Source: Daphnia carinata
Taxonomy: Eukaryota
Length of the DNA: 64,000 nucleotides
NCBI RefSeq assembly: GCF_022539665.2
Contig: NC_081331.1
Location: 868,001-932,000 of the forward strand
Direction: 5' to 3'
Part shown: in pieces, positions 39,339 to 51,151 of the stretch
Position numbering within the stretch: position 1 is the stretch's first letter
Layout: every line of letters starts with the position of its first letter
Program-made: the position numbers and the translations under genes
Notes under the pieces: generated by a model
What the model saw: the letters and a program-made list of their open reading frames with translations, nothing else
Databases searched by the model: none
What the model was told of the DNA's origin: nothing

Positions 39339-42300
39339 TAAAAAGAAATCCAATCGTTTTAGCTAATAAACGAGTGAGGTACGTAAAGAGAAAGAAAGAA
39401 AGGGGCGAATAGATCCATCATGGTTCGTTTAGGCTTTGGATGACTCGGGACTCGAGACCCGAGTCACCTCTAATTGATAGTGTCTGGCACGTCATGGCAC
39501 AAACTGGGGTGATTTATGACCGCCTCAAAACCAACCCCCCCCCCCTCTCTATACAAAGCTGAACATTGTTGGCTGTCTCTCTATCTCTCCACCTACCAAC
39601 GTGTGTGTGTGTGTCTGTGTGTCTGTCTTTTTCACTCACTATGAACCTTGCCTCTCGACGAGAGATTCTTCGCTGTGTGTAATAGGATAATGATATAGCC
39701 CAGCACATAGAAGCAATTACCCCAACCGTTTTTGAACATTTTCTGGAGGAGAAACGATTGCGCGCCCCCCTTTTAAAAAAAAAAAAAAAATCTTTTGTCT
39801 TATCATTCTTCTCTGTTAAACGGTAGACATTATTCGGATCCTCTTCTTGGCAGCAAGTAGGCTTTCATTATCGTGCTGGCAAGGACTAAACGAATAGAAA
39901 TATGGGGAGTATTAAAAAATTGTTTGAAGTAAAAAAAAAAAAAGGGAAGAATAAAAAATGTAGAATTTTTATATGAAAAAAAAAGTAAGCGAGTAATTTT
40001 TTTTTTTTTTTTTTTTTTTTGGAATGTTTTGGAGGCCACACGATTTTGAATTGTGGTCTCGGCTTGTTTTGTTTGTTTGTTGTTATTTCATTCGAATCAC
40101 TAATAACAGTCTTAACGCGTCGAGTTGCATGACAGTGCCGTGTGTAGCTTTCGTTCGTCTTAACACAGTGAGCAATGCCCAAAGCGATTCGAATTGACGA
40201 TGGATTGAAAATGATGATCATTAGGCCAGCCACACAAGCAGGAAACACGTTTCTTTCATCTCCCACCTTCTCTGTATTTTTCTCTTAATGAAATATCACA
40301 AACTACTGTTATCTCTCTCTCTCTCTCTCTCTCCCTCTGCTCAAACCTTATTAGCTTTTATACGCCCTCCTACTACGTCTGTGTGCACACCATCATTTGA
40401 AATCTAGTTTATTATTTTTTGTTTTCGATGTTGTCGTGTGCCCTGGAAAACAAACGAATAATATTCGCTATGCACGTCAAAAGAATGGTTATTTATCATC
40501 ATTATGTATCGTCTCGTTCTCATCTTCTTTTCTTTTTTTCTTTCCTCTTTGTTGGTGATCTGAATTTGCAGGTGACTCGCTATGATCATTTCAATGACTG
40601 GGTAGACGGCCACGTGCGCCTAGTCTACCGGCCGGACTGCGAGGAGGCGCGTCGTCACGGCTCCGGCTGGGCGATGAGAAATACCAACAATCACAATGTC
40701 CAAATCCTCAAGAAATCGTGTCTGGGCGTTCTGCTCTGCTCCAACAGGTGTATTTTGGACACTGGAGAGCAAGTCCACCTGCGGCCGGCCATCTGCGATA
40801 AAGCCAGAAAGAAGCAACAAGGTACTGAATGAATCCTTTTATTATTATTTTTTATTTGTTTTTTTTTTTACCTCAAATTACATCTGAAAATATGAGCTAC
40901 TTTAGCTGATATAGCAGTTAGTTTAACTAAAAAAAAAAAACAAAAAAAAAAAACAAAGAGAAAGAAATAGAGAAAATGGTAGGATAGGCCTCTAATATTG
41001 AACGAGGGCCGCCCGGCACGTATTCAAATGATGCCAACAGGCATACGCTGCTTGAAATGTAGTTTGTCAGCTGTTCCCAATTTTTGTTGCGTGTGCATCT
41101 TTATGTACCTATTGGATTCGGTATAGATTCACATGTAACACATGAGGGTGATTGCGCATGATAAGGGCTCTTAGTCGACCGCTACAAAATGCGTATTGTG
41201 ATCGTGATTATTACGGCCATCGGAAAAAAAAAAAAAAAACAACAACTTCCAAATAGCCTTCACCACGCGCATCGATTACGTATTCCCATTTTTTTTTTTT
41301 TTTTTTAAATTGCATCTTCTTTATACTAATAGGATGCAACGCATTTTATTGGCTGGTTTAGTTTAGTTCTTGTACTTCTCCCAATCGCCCTGCAGTTAGT
41401 AGTTTCATCAGAACAAACACATCGTCCATATCAATCGAATAAAACAAAAGCAGCGATGCCGATTTCGTCAATTGCATTGCCTACAGCCACGTTTTTTTTT
41501 TTTAAAGAAAGCTGCAGGACAAAACGGACTCGAGAGAGAGATTGAAAAAAAAAAAAAAGAAAAGAAAAGCCAAACAAAACTAATGCAAAAGACGTACAGA
41601 GTAGAAAATCTCATCCATCAAGATGACTGCGCTTTAAGAATGCGAGTGTGTTGCCACGTTTGTGGCTTTTCTTTAACGGTTTGTTGTGGCTCTTGTTTCT
41701 TGTTTGTCTGTTGCGCGCGCCAATTTGTTTACTCTTTTCACCTGCCATCCTTTTCTTTCTTTCTTTTTTTTTTTTTTTTCTTTTTCTTTTACCTTCTCCG
41801 GTTCGTCTTTGATTCCGAAGGAAGCCTCGAGTGCCAGACGAGCCGACAGCGCTACAAACTACACGTCAGAAAAGGATTTATTTATTATTATTCGTCTTCT
41901 CCCTCCCCTCTCTCTTTCGTTTAAAAAAAAAAAAAAGGATTATTCGATTATGTAAGAAACATGAGAGGTAATAATATAAGTAAATAAAATATTGAAAAAA
42001 AAAAGGGGGGAAAAATCTGAAAACCAGCAGGGCCAGGTGATTTTAAGTTTTGATTGCCAGCCTTTTCCGTGTAATCGATGCCTTAATGGTGATCCATTAA
42101 TAACTATAGCCTCTCAAGTACACACACACAGACACACACACACACACACGTCCACAAGTCTGGAGGAAGAAAAGAAACAAACCCACTGATTTGAGGTTGC
42201 ACGCGCGTGAGCCTGGCCACAGAAGGGGAAGAACGCAGTGATTATTGATGGCTTCTGTTTTGTTTTTGTACGCGTAGCGCAACATGCAGAGCTACATACC

Positions 42301-44205
42301 TCCAGTCCTCACTGGGGTTTCCAGCTGTTATCATCAAAATTGATGCGGCTCGTTCCCCATTTCTGTTCCAGTTTTCGCGTCATTTTTTGTTGTTGACTCT
42401 TAATTCAATTCGAGTAGGGCATAGACCCCCAACTGATACAGGGAATTCCCATTTTTTCTAAAATGGATAATTCATTTTAAATAAGCCAACCGCCCAATTA
42501 AAAGAGCCAATTCAAAATTCATTTAATTTTAACAATATATATATATATTTTTTTTTTTTTTGAATTAATTAATCAGGTAAACCGTGTCCCAATCGGCGAT
42601 GCAACGGCCGGCTGGAGATCATCGCTTGTCGCGGCCATTGCGGTTACCCTGTGACGCACTTTTGGAGACACACAGAACACGCCGTCTTTTTCCAGTCCAA
42701 GGGCGTTCACGATCACCCGAGACCCGAGGCCAAATCGACGGCCGAACAGCGGCGATTGCGCGGAGCTGCCGCCTCCCTGGGTGCTGGCCTCCACCACGCG
42801 ACATCGGCCGGCGGATCGAGCCACCGACGGCCTAGGGGTTTAGCCCTCCTTCTATCCCGTTCTCAGCAAAAAGTCAACAAGGTACTGCACCTATTGGACA
42901 TTTACATTTATTTTTGACATTTAAAAAAAAAACATTTATCAATTCAAACAGATTGTGGCCGGTCATTCTTCGAAGCGTGATAAAAATAAGGGCGCGGCCA
43001 TGGCCGTTGTTAAAGGTAAAAGACTTGTTTGATTCATTTGTCTTTCAAATCAATTGTGTAAAACGACATGTATGATGTACTATAATAGCCTTATTGGTTT
43101 TTTTTGTTTGTTTTTTTTTTAACGAAAAGTAGACGAGTTCCCTGTTCAAGTCAGCCCTGCATTCCCGATGATGATGACACCTGTTGAGCCGGCGCCGATG
43201 GCCGTGGCCACCGACTACAATCACCAAGTCCATATGGACGAAGGGTACCCACCGATAGCCGCCTATCCAACGGAAGTGCACGATGCTTCTCTGTACTACC
43301 ACAATCACCACGCGCATCATCACCAGCAGCAGCAACACGTGATGTCGGACGCATCGTCCATGATGGACAACAGTTCCTACAATTTAACTTGTGACTACAA
43401 CAACACGGCTGGATATTGCCAGACGGACGTCCACCAAGCCAACAATTCTTATCCTTATCAACATTACGCTCCAGCATCGGCTCCTTCGGTCGCTGGAGCA
43501 CCTCCCTGCGACGCGCAATCTTCTTCTGGTTATTACGGTTCGCCATCCGATCATCACCATCAACAGCATCATTACACGACGCATCAGCATCAGCCGATGA
43601 CGGACAACAGCAGCTCAGTTTCACCGTTGATCACGACGCCTTACGATTGCTATTCAAGTAGTCACGATCATTTAGAGTTGAAGTACCAAGCGGCTTTCGT
43701 CGATGCCTTAGAGAGTCACACCAACACGTCGATGGAGACTCCGCTCACCGAAGTGTCCGCCACTAGCCACAATTCGTCGAGTACGACCGCCAACGATATG
43801 GCCGTCAGCGTAGATCCGCTGCAGATCAATGCCAATCTCGTCCAGCAGCTGCCCACGCCGGAATTCCAATACGAGTACGAGACCAACTATGGCAACAATG
43901 AATGGACCATGACCACCAGCGGCCATTACGCTGCTAACCACAGCTACCCAACGACGGCCGTTGAGGCCTATCCAACGGATAACAGTTTAACGGGCTGCAC
44001 GTCCGATTCGGATATATCCGTTTTGCCCAATTACTGTTTCGCCGCTTGCGTGTTCACGACGCCACCAGCGTCCTCGGAGCCGGCCGGCAGCGGCAGCGCT
44101 AAAGTTGAGATCGGTACTTATTCGCCAGCGACGCGTCACTTTGAGTCTTACGATAGCGGCCATTATCAAACGTTAAACGAAGAGCCTCTTCATCCAGCCT
44201 TATGA
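39170..44205 (+). CDS. gcm: Glial cells missing transcription factor, 5 coding exons
   Basis: Exons 39170-39241, 40572-40821, 42577-42881, 42952-43015 and 43130/43133-44205 are in phase. GCM domain: [78 protein letters not shown]. The C-terminal exon is H/Q/S/Y-rich. Confidence 0.96.
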
Positions 44206-45653
44206 GTCGCCTTCTTCATTTGTTTTTTTTTTTTTTGTTTTGTTTTTTTGTGTGTGTTTTCTCTGTGTGTCTCGTTGTACATGTGTATGTCTATTTTGAA
44301 AAATGAGAAGAAGCATCCGAAACTACTGTCGTGCCTTTTCTGACACGCTCCACACGTTTGTTTTTACGTGTCGATCTCGCGACTCGTTGATATTTTTGGA
44401 TGGCGAGTATTTAAACGTTTTCATTTCGAAAGGTCTGTCTGTTCGAATTTTTCATACTGGGAATAGCCGAAATGTTTTTATGCTGCACAATGAGGGTTTT
44501 TCTTATCAAATGTCACACGCTTATTCAATTGAATGAATAAGAAACGTTATGTCCGTCTTTTTGTTTCAATTGCTTCGTTTGTTTTAACGATGCGTCCAGT
44601 GAACTGTTGCCATTTGCAGCGCCTTCGAGCGCGTTTGAAGCAAACAATGAGAGAAAAAAAAAAAAAAAAAAACAAGTATACACACCTGTCTTTTACAAAG
44701 GGAAAAAGAAGAAAATCTATTAGTTGAATCACAATAGCCTTATTGTGAAACTGATGGCCACAAGTGCCCTGATCTCCCTGTATACTGCGATCTATCTGTC
44801 AATCTAAAATTCATCCTTTTTTTTTTTTTTTTATCCACACTTTTTGTTTTCAAAGGAGCTCTCCTTTTGTCTCAAGTGTAGTGTCCTTTCGTTTGTCTGT
44901 ATTTTTTTTTTTTTCCTGATTTAGTGTATCAATGGAAAAGAGGAACACGTAACAAACGAAAAAAGTGGAATCCACATTGACGCACCCATGGCTCAAAATA
45001 TACAAAAAAGTACTTACCTTGCGCGACTTCCTTTCACTCGATTATATACGCGATTGGGTGTGATGGACACCATCAATGTCCTACAGCGATATGTGCAGTG
45101 CGTGATGATGTCCTTCACTATCCACCCACGTCAAAGTCTCCGGTGTTTGTTTTTAGAGAGTGCGGCACACACTAAATATGGGTGGATCTAGCAATGCTCG
45201 CGTGAGAATTCAACAAAAAAAGAGAAGAAAGACAAGCCAAAAAAAGACCGTTATAACTTTTTATGTAAGAATGGCAGTGTAACAAAGAGGTACGCGAAGA
45301 ACTCGTTAGCCACATCTGTAGCTATGCAATATCTATTGTTTGAGAAATCGATGATGATGACGAAAGAAACAATTCAACGAAAACGACCAAGTTTTTTTGT
45401 TTTGTTTTTTTCTCTCTCACGTCGACAGGGCCATGTGCAAAGCGGCTAAAGCAACATATAAGACACCGGCCAACAGAAACTGTCTATTATTATCTGCTGG
45501 TGGTGACAAAGACGAGTACCGGTTTTTTTGTGAAATCCGAGCTGTCCATTGTAAGTGGCCGTGAGTTTCATTTTCTCTCCTTGACGTCAATCTGTTGCAG
45601 CCAGTTTTTCGGTCGAAAATAACTTTTGACAGATGTGGTGACGATTTTTTAAG

Positions 45654-45689
<36 letters not shown>

Positions 45690-47246
45690 TGCTGTTGCGC
45701 TCGCATCAGCAAATCGATCGTTTATCTCCTGTTGGCTAATGGCAAAATGGCACTTAGGCAGTAGCTCTGCTGATCGATGCTGAAGGCGATTTATGCGACT
45801 TGCAGGGGGAAAAAAGCCGGTGTTTGAGTATAGGGGAATCGACACACGATTGCTGACAAGCAATCCAGAAGAGGAATAACAATGAGATGTTTCAAAACAT
45901 ATCGGAGAACTTTCCCCTTTCATAATTCTTATCCAAACAACGAAGATTGAGGTGTAGGAACGCGGGCGGGGTGATAGTGCCAACTGTATGAAAGCGTTAA
46001 ATAGTAAGGTTGACAAATAGCGTTCCCAATCATGAAAAGACGCAAAAACTCAGACATTCCTGACAGATGCAATCGTCGTTGAGGTGAAATTGACGTTGAC
46101 ATTGATATGTCCAAATGAGATTCATGACTAACTCAAATTGGCAAATTGAACACGATCCGTCAGACAGGGTCCTTCGCAGTAAATTATATATCCTTTCCCT
46201 CTTGCAAGAGACAATAAAGCTTCGAATAGAACCCTCTAGTTAGTTTATGGTTAACTTTGTTTGGCCACATTCTTGGTTGTTTTAATTTGATTACAACTGG
46301 CAGATACTGATTGAGTGCCATAACGAGACATTTACTGTCGTTTCACAGTCAAAGGAAAATATATTAGCTTTTAGTAGTATAAAAATAATAAGGATAAATA
46401 GAAAAGCTTTACCAGTTTGTCGTATTCTATAACCCTGCAGTGTGGACCGGTAGTTTCTGTCATATCATGTGAATGTTGTCAGTTTGTCGCAGAACATGCA
46501 GGCGACGAGATTGGTTTTTGCGTCGTCTGCAATATCAAAGACTAGTCGGTTGTTTTTTTTTTTTACTTTAGATAACATTTCGTCGTTTGACTTAACTGTG
46601 TATACTTTTTCTGGTGCCCATAAATTACCTTGATGTCAGCCAGATTTAGAAGACTAGGTAAAAGCTTTTTATTTTCTTGTTTTGTTTGTGCTGCGTTTGA
46701 CTTTTTCTTGTTCGATTGATTGGCCTGTATTTTGTTATATTTCATCTCTTTCCCGTTAGCCTGGAGATAGTAAACAATCAAGGTGACATTTGAGGAAACG
46801 TACGACCCGCAGTAGGGCTTTTCCACGGAATTCGATCTCCTTAATCACGTTGTTGAAGACAGTCTGCCAAACTCCTTTTTCTGTAGAAGTGGGCATACAT
46901 TTTACTGATGGATACCCATTTCGTTCCTTATTTCAAGAAAAACAAGACTTGATTACTGAATGTTTATTCTCAAAAACGTTGTTCGACGAATGTATTTTCT
47001 TGCCTTTATATTCTTGCTAATTAGAATGGAAAATTGCCGTTCGCTGCATTTTTACATCAAAATACTGTTTGTTTGCTGCCAACTCAAAAGGTCTTTTATT
47101 TATTCACATCTGAAACTGCTTTGTTCTAAAGCATTGGCTATGCAGCCATGCATTTGCCTAATTTCTTTCAATACGTGGCCACTGATTTTAAATGACGATT
47201 ATTTCAAAAACGGCTTACATGACAAAAAAAAACAAATGGTTTTTTC

Positions 47247-47405
47247 TGAATCAGCGTTAAAATTGGGTTATACCGTGGGATTTTCTTCGCATTCCGAGAG
47301 ATTTCGATTTTTTCCGATTTTGATAAAAGTGGGAAGGCTTATATAGCCTTCTCACTTTTTCAATTTTGGCAAAATTTTAGATTTCGCTTTAAATACATGA
47401 TTTCG
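47247..47405. repeat. Left copy of a degenerate inverted repeat (partner at 53058-53172); contains a hairpin
   Basis: 47346-47402 GCCTTCTCACTTTTTCAATTTTGGCAAAATTTTAGATTTCGCTTTAAATACATGATT resembles the reverse complement of 53060-53114, GCCTTCCCAATTTTTCATTTTTCGCAATAATCTAGATTTGTAAAAATACATGATT. The CGAGAGATT and AATCAGC blocks are also shared. Confidence 0.6.
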
Positions 47406-47775
47406 ATGCAGAATTAAACGGGCATCACGAATATGAGGGCTGTTTTCACATGGGACTCATAGCTTTTGAATAAAACGTAAAAAACGGTACAGGTTGGGTT
47501 AAAAAATAAACCGGGCTTATATTGTCGGGCTTAAAATTTTTTCCTATTAAAAAACAATAGCATTAAGTTTCATTCGCATAATAATTGAGTTAAGTAAGTA
47601 GAATATAACAAATAATTACTGTATAGTTATATGTTAATCAAATAAAGTTATTAATTAAAAAAATTGTATATTTACATGGCTAGAAGAATATGTAAAGTTG
47701 TATTTAGAAAATTAAATAGAAGTCTGGCCGCTAGATGGCCAGATTCCTATTTAATTTTCTCATTCATTCCTTCAG

Positions 47776-49422
47776 ACATAGATTGTCTATGGTTACTTGA
47801 ACACTGGATTTGCAAATGCAGTACAGCTGACTTATGTTTCACATGGTCAGTTGGAGATTTCCCAGGCAAAATTTCTAGTAACTCAGCATTTGGTACCATC
47901 TTTACTCTATTTTTATACAGTATCCTGCATGTCTCATTAATTAAGATTTAAATCCTTTTTAGATTGTCACATCAGTGAGCAAGGTTCAGTTTAGGGATTG
48001 ACAGCCCTCAGCAACTATAACATCTAGCCCATATTCAAATTGTAGCACTTGATTGCTGCCACTGATTCTTCAAAATGCCTATCTTGTATGGAATGCTTGA
48101 CAGCCAAATGGTACTCTGATGTCACATAAATATCAATTGTTTACTTTATTTACATTTATTAAAAATTTTTGAAGGAATGATTTAAACAAATGCCAAAGGT
48201 GAGACATGCTGGAAAAGCTTGATATGAATGTGTAGATGTAGTTTTGGAATTCAGAGGTGCAGCTGGCTGTTGGGTAAAAGTTCATTAAAATTTTGTTTCA
48301 ATTCAATATGTTTTAGTTACTATTTGTGTGATTACGCAAAGGATTGCGCCATCCAGGCAATGTGGATATTCTGCCATGTACGTGATAAACCGAAGATTCT
48401 TCTCAACATGCAAGCTGTTACTCCCTGGTAATGCTTTTCTGCTGAGTTTGTTTAGTTTTCTAATTTTAATCGTCAATGTTGTATTAGTAAACTGCTGTTG
48501 GCAGAAAAGCTTATACATTGGGAAAACGGTTATGGCAAGTGCGATAAATAAATCACCATAGGTCAGTTGTCTTGCCTTCACAATTGCAACGAAGATGAAT
48601 CATGGAGTCAAAAACATTAAAAGGTGGTACTGTTTTAAATTTTTAAATTGTTTTAATTGGTGTATCGCTAAGTGCTGATACATGTGTAGAACATGCTGGA
48701 ATTCATGTCATCCTGGAGAGGACTAAAAAAAACGAGCTTTATCCACGAAGCAGCTCATTAATCATGTCCCAAACGATTGTCTGCGTCAGCCAGCAATCTT
48801 TCAATGGCTAACAAGCATTTAATAGTTTTGAAAATCGCGGTTTGCACTCCCTAAGGCGACATTCCTTAATCCTCACCTGTCAATAGATTTGAGTGCAACC
48901 ATTTCTATTCTGAACTGTCGCCTACGAAATTCTTTTTCCATAAAATCAGGTGATATGATGTTATAATGGAAATTGTTGTCAAGATTGCCGAGACCAGGTA
49001 CATTGTTTACCTTAACGTTTAGTGATCAAAACAACCAACTTTGTAACCTATCTGTTTTTTATGGTGCATGGAACGTCCAACCGGAAAGCCCATGGAAGAT
49101 CTCTGTGTCCAACACGAAGGGTTCTTCCAAACTTTCGTATTCAAGTTTTGGCTATGGTGATCATTTGCAACTGCATAGCCTTATAGAAGCTCCTGCCAGG
49201 AATCTACAGGAATATGGCAGATGATGAATTTATGTACCATGTAAGCGATATCAATAAGAACGTCTTATGCTTATCTATGTTTTATTTTCTTAATTTAGAT
49301 TAATAGCAATAGTGAACCTGCGAAGGTTTCAGGTTGGGATGTGATGACGAAAAGTTACAATAATTTGAAGTACGGAATTGAATTTCCCTCCATCAGTCGC
49401 CTGTGTATTCCCGCGTATTACG
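47776..49422 (+). pseudogene. Decayed multi-exon gene of unknown family
   Basis: Plus-strand short introns, e.g. GTAAGC...TTTTCTTAATTTAG at about 49241-49298 and GTACTG...TGTGTAG at about 48626-48688, separate protein-like segments interrupted by stops and frameshifts (CIAL*KLLPGIYRNMADDEFMYH; GWDVMTKSYNNLKYGIEFPSISRLCIPAYY). The 5' part is CpG-poor. Confidence 0.5.
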
Positions 49423-50027
49423 GTATTAATTATTTAAAAATTGAAGTGCATATCTGGGCTCCCTTCCTTTCCGTAGCCCCGTTTCCCCTTGACTCGTAAT
49501 AAGCCCGTAGGGGGTCATGCCCCTACTGTACGGTATATATAAAAACAACATATACCGAGGTTTGGAGGGCTCTGGCCGGAAAGGGGACGTGGAGGTCCGC
49601 TTAGTCCGATGATGTGTTCACGGAGGGCGACGTGGCTACCCACAAATCCGAATTAAAGGTTAATCGCTCCTGTAAAAATGTTCCAAATCTTCAGCTCTTC
49701 TTCCGGCTTCTCTTAGCCAATCACCGGGTAATCTCCCCGGTGGGTCAACAAGGCAGTGTCTCCCCCTGCCTGGGTTGACGGCAACTTTTGAAAGGGCTAT
49801 TGTGCCTTTTTAAAGTTGCAAAAATAATTGTAGTGTGCAGAGAATTGTCAATAAAAATTTTTTTATAAAATATTTTTTGCAAAATGTGTTTCTTTCATTG
49901 TCTGTGTTAGCTGTGTACACACATTACGTTTATCAACTTTTTTTTTTTTGCTTTGCCTTATTTGTTTTTGTCACATTTGATGATAAGCATTGTTTCCATT
50001 GGTTTATCGTTTATCTGTGAGCATTCT

Positions 50028-50099
50028 ATTATTATCCAGGGATCGAACCCTGGATGTTCGGCATACCGCGCCGATGCTCTACCAATGAGCCATGAATCA
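50028..50099 (-). pseudogene. tRNA-like unit A (pseudo-tRNA or SINE-head-like)
   Basis: Minus strand reads TGGCTCATTGGTAGAGC (A box/D arm), stem TCGGC-GCGGTAT-GCCGA, and T arm CCAGGG-TTCGAT-CCCTGG (B box). The acceptor stem does not pair and U33 is absent. Confidence 0.7.
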
Positions 50100-50215
50100 T
50101 ATGATGTCAATTTGGCTTTTTTCTAGTCACTTGTGGACTTGCATTTACACTTAGAATAAAACTGAAATGAAATACTGCAACATTGTTTTCTACATTTGTT
50201 CTGCTTCATTTTTAT

Positions 50216-50286
50216 ACATCTGCTGAGGTTTGAACCCTAGGTAACATATATCGCAGCTAAAGACTCTACCACAGAGCTATGGACCT
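50216..50286 (-). pseudogene. tRNA-like unit B (more degenerate)
   Basis: Minus strand has TAGCTCTGTGGTAGAG (A box) and GGTTCAAACC (B box) at tRNA spacing; the anticodon arm is degraded. Confidence 0.55.
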
Positions 50287-50382
50287 TATGTAAGCAATAG
50301 AAAGATAAACATATAGTTGTGAAAGACTGCATAAACATCCTAGACGATAACATATGATATGCGATAATAAAATATTTAGATA

Positions 50383-50454
50383 TATCTCGTGGCTCAATGT
50401 TAGAGCATTGGCGTTGCACGCTGAATGTCTGGGGATCGGTTCCCATACGAGTAA
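50383..50454 (+). pseudogene. tRNA-like unit C (loop GTTGCAC, nominal TGC/Ala anticodon)
   Basis: TGGCTCAATGTTAGAGC D arm, stem TTGGC-GTTGCAC-GCTGA, degenerate T arm TGGGGATCGGTTCCCA, and partial acceptor pairing CTCG/CGAG. Colinear with unit A. Confidence 0.6.
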
Positions 50455-51151
50455 AACAAAATACAAAATTACTTCAAAAAATATCCAGATATTACACGTT
50501 GTTCCTTGAATCTCAGTTGAAGAGAAGAAGAAAAGAGTGTAATAAATAATAATTGAATACTTACAGATAAACGATAAACCAATGGAAACAATGCTTATCA
50601 TCAAAGGTGAAAAAAACAAATAAAGCAAAGCAAAAAAAAAAAAAGTTGATATATGTAATATGTGTACACAGACAATGAAAGAAACAAATTTTGCAAAAAA
50701 TATTTTATAAAAAAAATTTTATTTACAATTCTCTGCACACTACAATTATTTTTGCAACTTTAAAAAGGCACAATAGCCCTTTCAGAAGTTGCCGTCAACC
50801 CAGGCAGGGGGAGACACTGCCTTGTTGACCCACCGGGGAGATTACCCGGTGATTGGCTAAGAGAAGCCGGAAGAAGAGCGGAAGATTTGGAACATTTTTA
50901 CAGGAGCGATTAACCTTTAGTTCGGATTTGTGGGTAGCCACAGAGCCCTCCGTGAACACATCATCGGACTAAGCGGACATCCACGTCCCCTTTCCGGCCA
51001 GAGCCCTCCAAACCTCGGTATATGTTGTTTTTATATATACCGTACAGTAGGGGCATGACCCCCTACGGGCTTATTACGAGTCAAGGGGAAACGGGGCTAC
51101 GGAAAGGAAGGGAGCCCAGATATGCACTTCAATTTTTTAAATATAAAATAC

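Noticed and set aside
49440..49830. Hammerhead or HDV-like ribozyme in the arms (Penelope-like)
   Set aside because: No CTGANGA...GAAA core with matching stems and no convincing HDV pseudoknot could be built by eye.
50028..50454. Functional tRNA genes
   Set aside because: Acceptor stems are broken, anticodon loops are non-canonical, and the T loop of unit C is damaged.
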